Positions 49,791-61,305 of a DNA stretch of 64,000 bases are shown here, in pieces. Every line of letters starts with the position of its first letter. Position 1 is the first letter of the stretch. The translations under genes and the position numbers were made by a program. Under the pieces are notes generated by a model. It was not told the origin of the DNA and made no database searches. It saw nothing but the letters and a program-made list of their open reading frames with translations. The stretch comes from Paraphysomonas bandaiensis (taxonomy: Eukaryota > Protista > Chrysophyceae). Where the stretch lies: contig CBFFRP010000412.1 of the NCBI GenBank assembly GCA_965644295.1, positions 1 to 64,000 on the forward strand, read 5' to 3'.

Positions 49791-49860
49791 TCTTAGGGAA
49801 TCATATATATATATATATATATGTATTCCAACACTCCCACTCAATGCATGTATAAACGTG

Positions 49861-50312
49861 TATTAGCAATAGGCGTGTAAGAGTCAGAACTATTATATAT
49901 ATATGTATCAAAAAAATTCAACTAACTAGTGCTAAATTCCGATATCCTACTATTTAACGCTTCGAAAGCTGCTTGTGCGCCACCGCAAACACCACAAGGT
50001 GAAACCACTTTCGCTCTATCACTCAAAGCAAACGCGATGAGCAAGCAGGATGTTGATATACCTGGCATCTGCTGACTTCAGAATTTTGAGTCCTTAAGGT
50101 GAGCAGCCGGGGTGCTTGACTTCAGCTGGCATCCCACTAACCCGGATGCCCTTGAGGTGGGCCCATTCTTGAAGGCCTGTTTATTCGTCAGGCCCCAAAG
50201 ACATCTACAGAAGTGACACAAATTAGTGTCCCTTGCATGACACTAGCATTTGGCCCATTCTACACTTGCATTATATCTGTTTATCATAATATGGCGTTCA
50301 CCAGCCACTCCT
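49861..50312 (-). mobile_element. SINE-like copy (inverted)
   Basis: 49861-50139 is the reverse complement of 50707-50985. Confidence 0.8.
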
Positions 50313-50314
50313 AC

Positions 50315-50356
50315 TAACCCTAACCCTAACCATAACCATAACCATAACCCTAACCA
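50315..50356. repeat. Interstitial telomere-like (TAACCC/TAACCA)7
   Basis: Read directly from the sequence. Confidence 0.85.
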
Positions 50357-50435
50357 TAATATTGTATATATAGTCACACATCAGTAACTGAATTTACTTC
50401 CTATGTAACCACATTCATACCTTAAATGCCTATTG

Positions 50436-51000
50436 CACAATAGTCGGACTCCCACCTTTTCGTGATATTCTGGGGATAAGTACCGGAGATATTCCTGTCA
50501 ACTTATTGACAAATATTGTGTGTAGTAGGGGGGACACAAATTAGTTTATACGGTAAACTAAGGTGAGCCATATATATATATCATATAGCCAGTAGATATT
50601 GTTCTGATAACTCGTACCCGAATACTTGGGTGGTACAAAGGACACTAATTTGAGTCACTTCTGTAGACGTATTTGGGGACTGACGAATAAACAGGCCTTC
50701 GGGTTATAGTGGGATGCCAGCTGAAGTCAAGCACCCCGGCTGCTCACCTTAAGGACTCAAAATTCTGAAGTCAGCAGATGCCAGGTATATCAACATCCTG
50801 CTTGCTCATCGCGTTTGCTTTGAGTGATAGAGCGAAAGTGGTTTCACCTTGTGGTGTTTGCGGTGGCGCACAAGCAGCTTTCGAAGCGTTAAATAGTAGG
50901 ATATCGGAATTTAGCACTAGTTAGTTGAATTTTTTTGATACATATATATATAATAGTTCTGACTCTTACACGCCTATTGCTAATAATCAGACATTCCCTA
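50436..51000 (+). mobile_element. SINE-like copy
   Basis: Head agtcggactcccacc...gataagtaccggagat followed by the shared tail. Confidence 0.8.
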
Positions 51001-51859
51001 TAGTACTGACTTCTCTATACTTATAATGATTTGTAGTACATGTGTTTCTCTCGTCACACTCTATGTTCTAATCGGTAACGACGCCTATGTTTTTGAACCA
51101 TGTGATCTTGAATCATAGTACATCAATCCATGCAGTTGATGTCACTAATATCGCATATTACATATAATTTCCTAGCTGTATAGGTACATATCAAGGTATA
51201 CAAATAACAGATATCAATTCAAGATCAATATAATATGACAAGATACATTACTAGAAAAACACTTTCGAGATTGTGCAGCAGTATATCCACTTTTACACCC
51301 TAACTCCTAACCCCAATATGGATATTTCGTATGAAGCTTTTCAAATTCAATATGCATACATCAAAGTAGCATTACTTGCTTCAGCGAAGTGGTATTATAT
51401 GCAATAGTCAGTATACAATTGCTTCAACAACTGCAACGCTAAATTAGTTCTGACGTTTAAACGCCTGTAGCTAATAATAAGACATTCACTACTACTATAA
51501 CCTCCTTATAACATGTGGTTCAATATATCTACAACAACTGTGTATCATTTCATGTATTTATGACTAAAATATACAAACTAAACGGATGCGTGTTGCGACT
51601 TAGGATTAAATCACCAAAGCTACGATTGGAGGGGAAGTGATCCACAATATCAGAGAATTCATTTGCTTTTATTATTCTGTCGTTACGTTGACGTACCTTA
51701 TATATAATTTCATGCAATAGAAAACTAGTACAATCGACGCAACCTCTTATCGCTCAATACAGATAGAAATTAGACATAATACAATCTCTAATAACTTCCA
51801 CAAAATAGCAATAACTATCTCATGAAAAAATACTCAAAATTTGTAAAAGCATTTTTCAT

Positions 51860-54800
51860 CTACGCATTGTACAAAGGGTTAGCAGTATCGAACTCGGATA
51901 CATTTTCTTCCAATCCAACTTGAACTTCGAAATCTGATGATCTGATATCATGGGGAGTGTCTGGTTGGATGGAGAAATTCTTTGTAGATAAATCAAAGGT
52001 CACTTGACTACATTCGTCATCAACAACGGAGTCATACTCTTTGCCAGTTATCTCACGTAAAGACTTGCGAATCCTCATACTAACACCTTCAACTTCTGTA
52101 CATGGCTGTGATACGTTTTGATCAGCATGACCTCCCAAATTTCTCTTCTGCTTAGTGTTCAAAAAAACTATCAAAAGTACGGCTACAGCCATTATCACAC
52201 AAAGGGCTAATACGACTGTGACCATCACGACATTGGAACCTTTATTTGTGTGATTGGCATCGTCATCTACAGATGTCGATACAGAACATGCTTGGCCCGT
52301 TTTGTTTCCACCTCCATACACCTGGTCAAAGCACGACAATTCGTTACCCACCCGTACTTCTGAGACATCCACGCCATACCAGGTTGTCAGAGTGGAATCA
52401 GTCTTCCAGCGAGAAAAACCAACACCAATTTTAATATATGGTGGCTTGTCGTCATTGTACGCTGTCAGTACATTGTGTTCCGACAACAGCAAAGTTTCTC
52501 CCAACCAAACTTTAATTGCACCCGCACCATTGTACTGCATGTCTATATAAAATACCCAGTCCATCCATACACCGGTTTCAACCTCGCGATAAACAGTGTA
52601 AGATGAACAAGTATTGATACGTGACATAAACGACTTATGACCGCATACTACCACTTGGTACCGGGTGCCGTCCGTGATGCGGAGCCGCATCGACGGCGTG
52701 AAGTCTCCTTTCCCTCTCATCAACTCGAATATATTAAAAAACTCGTGTTCACTACCAGTAAATGTGCGTCCTTCCCATGTAAAATTAGTAGGAATTCGAA
52801 ATCTCAACCCAAACCAGTACTTTCCCGTTGTAGTCGGAATTACCGTTGGGTTTTGCTCAAGCTGTGAATTTAGGCATGATTTGTCATCGCAATAGCTTAA
52901 TCCAAAAGCAATGTAATTCGGATACTCATTTCTCAATGTGGTTTCTCCACCGGATGACGGTGGCAGGATATGTATAATGGACGCAGTATCTCCAGATACC
53001 ACAGAATCCCACATTGCGACATCGAAGAATTGCTCGTTAAGTAATAGGGATGATGCTGTTGGTAAAGAAGTAGGTACTGGGGTGGGAATGAGAGTGGGAC
53101 CCTGTGACTTGAAGCCAACTTCACTTGGTGCAATGGATGGTGAAAAAGTGGGTATTTGGGTTGGCGCTGTGGTTGGGGACACAGATGGTGGGCGCGTAGA
53201 TGAATAATTACTCACTATATTAGCAGCATCCGTAAAAGTGCGCACATCGTAGTTCGCGTTCACATATGCCATTAACTCTTCCAGAATAGACAATTTCGCA
53301 GTATCTAGATTTGTGCACTCGTTATCTACCGCGAACTCGAAAGGATGGAGCATCATCACAGCAAAACCCTGGTTAGCTACATAAAATACAATACATTATC
53401 TATGAGCGCAACAAAACGAGACGCTGCTCACCAATTTGAGACTCTATCCACCCTTTGGCCTTGTCTATATCGCCTGGACGCGAATAGTCCTCCCAGTACA
53501 ACTCGTCGCCAAGAACGGCTCCTGCAGGAAGAATGTGTATATCATTTCGTACTATATTCGGCGCCACAACGTTGTTTCCAGGGGGACAATAAATTACACT
53601 ACTAGAATCAATAGCCCACTCACATTGTCCACTTAGTATATTCATACCCTCAGATTTCATTGCCAGAAAAGTGTTGTCGTCGAAAGTGTTATAAGGGGCT
53701 ATAAAAGTACTGGCAACTACCCCAGTGGCGGAAAATATCTGGGCGTTAGTTGAAGCTAAGTCGTTTTGTTGCCAGTCGAAAGACTTGCCAGCAAAGGACG
53801 CATGAGAGTACGAGTGGTCGGCAATTTCTACCAGTGGACTGGCGGATACGCGTTGCAGGTAGGTGACGAGATCAGAACTCTGACTCAAATGCATACCCAG
53901 AACTCCAAGATTAACAGGAATTTGCTTCTGCAAAAAAAGATCAATGACCATTCTTGCTATACTTTCGCACCACCAGGCCTGGACGTCATCCAACCGGAAA
54001 ACAACAACTGGTCTCATAGGCGTTTGGGTGGGTCTCGATGTGGTGGACGGTGCTTTAGAAGGAGGGTTAGTCCACGGGCGCGTTGGAAACATTGATGGCA
54101 TATCTGTCGGAGTAATCGTAGGTGAAGGTGAGGGTAAAGTTGTAGGAGGAGGGGAAGGGTCTACTGTCGGAACATTCGACGGTGAGGTTGTCGGTGGCAG
54201 GGTCGGGCGAGGTGTCGGGCTGTTCGCAGCACGAGTTGGAAAATTGGTTGGGCTGAAAGAGGGTGATACGCTGGGCTCTCTTGTCGGTTCTATTGTAGGG
54301 TTGTTTGTAGGATTTACTGTCGGTTGTAGTGTAGATTTTATTGTTGGCGATACAGTGGGAAGCAATGTATCAGTATCAGGAGAACTCCCAGTCAAAGCGC
54401 CAACAGCATTTGTAAACGTCATCACATCCCACCTACCACGGCTATACGATATTAGGTCACGTAAGACCTGTACTTTGGCTGAGTTAAGAGTAGTACACTC
54501 TGTACTAGTTGCGAACTCTACAGGATGAAGCATTACTACAGAGAATCCCTGGTTGGCTGCATAACGAATCATTATAAAAAATAAAGTACCTCAAACATGG
54601 AATAAAAACTACATTTTTGCACCACACATATGTCGACTTGCAAAAATACTGTGGATGTATAACGCATGTACCACATGTCACATGGCAGACCTATCTGTGT
54701 TTCAATCCAACCAATTGCAGATGACAAGCTTCCCTCTAAGGAGTAGTCATTCCAATACGCTTGACTCCCGAGCACTGCCCCTGCCGGTAAGGAGTAGATA

Positions 54801-55330
54801 CCATTCCAGCCAATATTAGGAGCAACAACGTTGCTCCCAGGGGGGCAATAAAGAATAATTTCGGTGTAAGGTACCCAAGCACATTCTGCACTAATAATAT
54901 TCATATCTTCTGCAAGCATTGCATACGGTGTTGTGGAATCATACGTATTGTATGGAGTAATAAACGATATCGCCTCTTTCCCTGTGACATCTTGTATCAT
55001 GGAATTAGCTGATGACAAATCACTGCGCTGCCAGCTCAATGTCTTCCCATTAAACGATTGGTGCTGGTTAGAGTGGCTAGTCATTTCTAACAATGGATTG
55101 CTTGCAATATCAGTTAAGTATGACGCTATGTTCACACTTTGGTCCAAATATTTCCCAATAATACCTATGTTGAGTTCAACTTCTTCTTCAATAAAGATAT
55201 CAATTATCGTTTTCGAAATATCTTCGCACCAGTAGGCTTGTACGTCGTCAAGGCGGAACGAGACAACTGGCCTGGAGCTTGCCTGCGGGGTCCAGCCCGT
55301 CAAGAGCAGAACTACAATCCACTCCCACAT
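51860..55330 (-). CDS. Type-I membrane protein: signal peptide, 2x polysaccharide deacetylase (CE4/NodB-like), P/T/S linkers, polysaccharide-lyase-like jelly-roll domain, TM
   Basis: FRLDD, HSxxH, PYN and MLHP each occur twice. RNE..YWFG.RF..G.W.DWVF...G.IKVW...YIKIG. TM VVMVTVVLALCVIMAVAVLLIVFL. Introns at about 54563-54690 and 53376-53432. Confidence 0.82.
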
Positions 55331-57576
55331 ACTTTAGTGATTGAATGATGATAATATATGACAACAACTCCGCACTGGTGGTGACTGTTTATTTTATCTT
55401 CTCACAGTTACGTTAAAATGTTTAAATCGCAAGATATGCGATGATGTTACCAACTCGCACATATATAAAACGTCGTATTGCTGTATAATGCTGTTGTAGT
55501 TGAAGATCATCGTATCATCGTGCACTGTCGTAATGTAACAATGTCTTTACGTACGTACTGTAACACGGAACAAAGACTGAAACCTCCATTTTTTTGAATC
55601 GAAACTATGTAAAATTGTAAATTCCGTATTATTGGTATACAATGTATGTATTTTGTATATACGGTTGCTGGTATACTGGTGTTGTATGACCATATGTATA
55701 GACACACAGACAGTCTATTGTGGGGTGAAATTATGACCCCACCTGCAGATTAAAACAAAGGACGATTGATGCTTATATACATGCACATTACAATGTTCCT
55801 ATGTTGCTGGTAAAATCACCTGCTGCCGAGTTTCCCAGGAACATTTGTTGCTGAAAATGTATAAGTTTTTTTTAGCAACAAATGCTCCTCAAAAGATGTT
55901 CCTATATGTATAAGGAAAACCCTTCGATCATTTTTTTCATTTTGGAGGGGAACAATTGTCGAATGAGATCATACGAAGGATCCGATAGGAAGGAACCAGT
56001 CTACAAGCAACCCACCACTCACAACGGTCCTAATAAAGATGTCATTACCAGCTGTTATCATCTATGTGTTGTGTGAATACAATGTAATGGAGTAATATGG
56101 AGCGCACAAGTGACATTGGTGAGGGTGGACTTTAGATTCCATTCAGACTCTCTTTCCGTACATACGATGTACTCACAATAGTGACTATCGCGTTGCCCGC
56201 AGTTTGTCAGAGTGGCCAAATCTCGAACCAGGAGGACTCGCGCCGTCACCGGAAGGCTTGCCAATAGAAGATCACGAACGTTTTTCTCGTTTCGCATGTA
56301 CAATCACCCACCATATGCTCACTTGGGTTGGATGTATGTATTACATTGAGCTTCCCCGAAGCTATTCTCAGTGTTCCTCAATAAGGGCCATGGAGACATG
56401 CAATATTTCGCCAGGGGTTGATGTACTCACATCGTGGAGTATACATATCAGAAACCAATGCACATACATAAATGGTCCTTATTTGAAGAGGGCCGTACTA
56501 CAAGGTGACGATGTCATAGATGGCACAACTCTTGATCAACAGATATCGGACTTGCGGAATTCAATACGAGCTCTAAGTTTAATATTGCTGAGCTTAGAGG
56601 TGCTCATTCCGAAATGCGAACTTAGCTTAATGAGATTAAGGATTTATTATTGAATGGACAGCACCAGGCCCTTGTATGCGATGGAGACATCATCTATAGC
56701 TGCCACTCCAATGGCAGTTAGAAATCGAGTCCCTATTGTTTCACCTTGGAATTCACCTGAAAAGGTACAGGATGCAATAACTCCCATTCCTGCATAGTGT
56801 GTACAGATGATGAGAATTCCTGTAGCAGTGTATGCTCGCTCCGCCTTTGTTTTCTTTCGTTGGTATGCATCAGGTATGATGGACTTGCACAGTACAAGTG
56901 TTCAACATGTACCGAAGAATGGTACATACCATGCTACATTTTATTGGGCCGAATATAACAATTCCAGATAAGCCAAGTGGAAGCGGCCTTGTGGCATATG
57001 GGAAGTCTATACGTATCATACGTCACTTTAATTTGGAGACACGGCAGTGACAAATATATTGCGTTTATGTGATAAAGTAAAGAATAAGGAGTACGCTACT
57101 GCAAAATTAAGTGGTACAAAGAAGCAAAGGAAACAGTCGATCAAAGATAATGTGGCTTCAAATTATGAGATCCCACGGGTGCTCCAATTAACAATGTTAG
57201 TTTGAACCCTTCTATAGTTCCAAGTGTGGATTTATCAGGAACGCCAGTATCCTTTCCATCCATGGCTCCAAGTCAAGATGTCGTTGACAGCAATGTCAGT
57301 ATGTGCCCGACAGTGCTTCCGTCAGTGGAATCTAGTTGTACACCTTCGGGTCCGTCTCCGACTTCTCTGGCTACCAATGGTAGTATGCAACCATCAGAAA
57401 GTTGATATTAAGGTCGACCCTTACTCACGAGCTGTTGATGACCTATCTCCTACTTGGAATACTTTGTAGATATATGATATATAATTCGTATGTATGTAAT
57501 ATATTCTTCCTAACCCTATCCCTAATATTAGACTGTTTACCCTAAAATCCTGCTACTTTATTATTTATGTATTTTT

Positions 57577-57680
57577 GGAAATATTATTCAACCTAGTCAA
57601 ATTGGTTGAATTACCTAGTCACACTATTTTTGGTGGAATAACCTAGTCAAAGTAATAAATGACTCAACCTAGTCAACTTT
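57577..57680 (+). mobile_element. Orphan MULE-type left end
   Basis: Diverged copy of the 57870 TIR with AACCTAGTCA arrays. Confidence 0.7.
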
Positions 57681-58337
57681 GGTATGACAGACACCACAGT
57701 ATAATATTATGTATGTTGCACGGGAGATCCCTTAATAATCAAGCGCAAACCCACTATCGCTTGTGAGCAGGGTAGGAAACAATATATTGCAGTGCTATTG
57801 TTAGATAGCGTTCCAACAATACTATTGACGGAGATTTTAAACAGGCTCAACAAGAATACAATTACAATAGGGATATATTATTCAACCTAGTCAATTTGGT
57901 TGACTTTCCTAGTCACACCAAAATTGGTGTAATAACCTAGTCAAAGCAATAAATGACTCAACCTAGCCAATTATAGTATTAAACCTAGTCATGGATTGTA
58001 CTCGCATATAGCTACGAATTACAGAAGCATGAGGCCATAGAAGGTGAATTAAAATCAATACAACATAGATCAGGCGAACACAAAGCTAAAGAGCAGTAAT
58101 ATAGTAAGATATAACAGCATGGGCAGGACTCCATCGCTCTCTCCAATGCTCAAGTAGGCTTTTGTACACCATTCTTTCTCAACACAATCTCCATGGATGT
58201 CCTTCAGTCGCCTTCAGAAACATTGATGAAACCTTGCACTCTGGGGGGGTCTATCAGCATCACTTAATTTAGTAATATAACTATGAATTATCATGCACAA
58301 GTGTGACAACAACACGCTAACCTCTCACACACCGTAG

Positions 58338-58754
58338 GACCTATACCTCTCTTATTTGCAGCTGTCCGCGGTTTTGGGACAATGGTCGTTACTGCTCCCA
58401 CTCCCTAGCCGTACATCACTTGCGAGGTATGTGTATGTCACTTACACACCCTTACATATATTAATTATGTCCTTAGGGGACATTGATGTAAAGCACATGG
58501 CGAGCACTATCAGGCCTGCAAGGAAACGCGGCCGGCCTCGCAATGCAGCTAGGGCACTTATCAACGATGACCCCATAGATGTGGAGGCCCTTAAGCCAGG
58601 GGACTGGAAGAACGCGTATGTTCGCCACCCACAGTACCTGAATGGTATGTGCGTGGATTACCGCGTGGTGCCGAACCACAGAAATAAAAAAATTCTTCGC
58701 TGGCAGTGTCGGTTTTCTGATGCTCCAGATGACATCCTTGCTCATCCGAAGATT
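58338..58754 (+). pseudogene. MULE transposase C-terminal fragment (SWIM finger plus AT-hook)
   Basis: Exon CSCPRFWDNGRYCSHSLAV, intron 58427-58476, then RKRGRPR. Confidence 0.8.
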
Positions 58755-59444
58755 GGGATATATTATTCAACCTAGTCAATTTGGTGGAATTTCCTAGTCA
58801 TTCCATTTTCGGTGTAAAAACCTAGTCAAAGCCATAAATGACTCAACCTAGCCAAATATAGTATTAAACCTAGTCGTTCTTATATCCATTGATTACACAT
58901 TGTGACTGTCTAAGATACGCGCACACATCACACAACATATTGATGGCTCGGAGAGCATCACAACAAACATAGCAATTCATTCATATCTACATAACAGTGT
59001 ATGTGTATGTATATGCAGCATATCTGTGTAGCTTATTAGAGTACGATGGTCTCTTATCAGTGTTATGAGGAGGAGGAGTGGTCAGTGTAGCTGTGCTGTG
59101 GACATACCCCCATGAATATACGTAGACAGACACCTGGAGATCTTCATACGCTATGAGTGAGATCGCTTCCCTTCCTTAAGCGACTTGCTTGTTGAATGAG
59201 CGACTGCTTTGACTTCCAGAGGGCATGAATACCCCATGTTTCTAGACCGATTAAGAAAAAAGAGGGGTTTTCATGTCAAAGTCTGCGTATTTGTAAAAAC
59301 AACATCACTGAAATGGACTGCCTTTCCAGGAGCAGATCAAACGATGAGGAGTCTGTCGTACAGTGGAGCCCTTCAATCTCTCTGCCACGGGATGGATCAC
59401 TGGCAGTCTCCCTCAGTAGTCTCTTGATGCTCCCATTATGACCT

Positions 59445-60352
59445 GTACACTACAGTCATTGTGCCCTCTACACTGCAGTGGTTATGATATGTACACTGTA
59501 GTGGTTATGATATGTACACTGTAGTGGTTATGATATGTACACTGTAGTGATACTGTGGCCTCTACACTGCAGTGGTTATGATATGTACACTGCAGTGGTT
59601 ATGATATGTACACTGCAGTGATACTGTGGCCTCTACACTGCAGTGGTTATGATATGTACACTGCAGTGGTTATGATATGTACACTGTAGTGATACTGTGG
59701 CCTCTACACTGCAGTGGTTATGATATGTACACTGCAGTGGTTATGATATGTACACTGCAGTGATACTGTGGCCTCTACACTGCAGTGGTTATGATATGTA
59801 CACTGTAGTGGTTGTGACCTCTACACTGCAGTGGTTATGATATGTACACTGTAGTGGTTGTGACCTCTACACTGCAGTGGTTATGATATGTACGCTGTAG
59901 TGGTTATGATATGTACACTGTAGTGATACTGTGGCCTCTACACTGCAGTGGTTATGATATGTACACTGTAGTGATACTGTGGCCTCTACACTGCAGTGGT
60001 TATGATATGTACACTGTAGTGGTTGTGGCCTCTACACTGCAGTGGTTATGATATGTACACTGTAGTGATACTGTGGCCTCTACACTGCAGTGGTTATGAT
60101 ATGTACACTGTAGTGATACTGTGGCCTCTACACTGCAGTGGTTATGATATGTACACTGTAGTGATACTGTGGCCTCTACATTGCAGTGGTTATGATATGT
60201 ACGCTGTAGTGGTTATGATATGTACACTGTAGTGATACTGTGGCCTCTACACTGCAGTGGTTATGATATGTACACTGTAGTGATACTGTGGCCTCTACAC
60301 TGCAGTGGTTATGATATGTACACTGCAGTGGTTATGATATGTACACTACAGT
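59445..60352. repeat. Minisatellite of about 23/25-bp subunits forming 45-48 bp units
   Basis: gtggttatgatatgtacactgta and gtgatactgtggcctctacactgca. Confidence 0.95.
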
Positions 60353-61305
60353 GGTTGTGGGACAATAGCCGCTGTTGGCCTTACTGACTATCCGTACATC
60401 ACTTGCGAGGTATGTGCGAGACATATATTGTCTGGTATATCTATTTACAATCTTGTGAGTGCTAATCATAGTGTTATAGGTACCTCAGTACTACAGCTGT
60501 TCTCGGTTGTGGGACAATAGCCGCTGTTGGCCTTACTGACTATCCGTACATCACTTGCGAGGTATGTGCGAGACATATATTGTCTGGTATATATATTTAC
60601 AATCTTGTGAGTGCTAATCATAGTGTTATAGGTACCTCAGTACTACAGCTGTTCTCGGTTGTGGGACAATAGCCGCTGTTGGCCTTACTGACTATCCGTA
60701 CATCACTTGCGAGGTATGTGCGAGACATATATTGTCTGGTATATATATTTACTATTTACAATCTTGTGAGTGCTAATCATAGTGTTATAGGTACCTCAGT
60801 ACTACAGCTGTTCTCGGTTGTGGGACAATAGCCGCTGTTGGCCTTACTGACTATCCGTACATCACTTGCGAGGTATGTGCGAGACATATATTGTCTGGTA
60901 TATATATTTACAATCTTGTGAGTGCTAATCATAGTGTTATAGGTACCTCAGTACTACAGCTGTTCTCGGTTGTGGGACAATAGCCGCTGTTGGCCTTACT
61001 GACTATCCGTACATCACTTGCGAGGTATGTGCGAGACATATATTGTCTGGTATATATATTTACTATTTACAATCTTGTGAGTGCTAATCATAGTGTTATA
61101 GGTACCTCAGTACTACAGCTGTCCTCGGTTGTGGGACAATAGCCGCCGTTGGCCTTACTGACTATCCGTACATCACTTGCGAGGTATGTGCGAGACATAT
61201 ATTCTCTAGTATATATATTTACAATCTTGTGAGTGCTAATCATTGTGTTATGTACTATCATAGGTACCTCAGTACTACTAATGTCCTCGATTGTGGAGCA
61301 ATAGC
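60353..61305. repeat. 152/159-bp tandem repeat x6
   Basis: Unit starts at 60353, 60505, 60657, 60816, 60968 and 61127. Confidence 0.95.

Noticed and set aside
56200-57470. Possible decayed gene with a PSxxPS linker fragment
   Set aside because: Broken frames and no identifiable domain.
59445-61305. CRISPR-like appearance of regular repeats
   Set aside because: There are no unique spacers and no cas genes, and the context is eukaryotic. These are tandem satellites.
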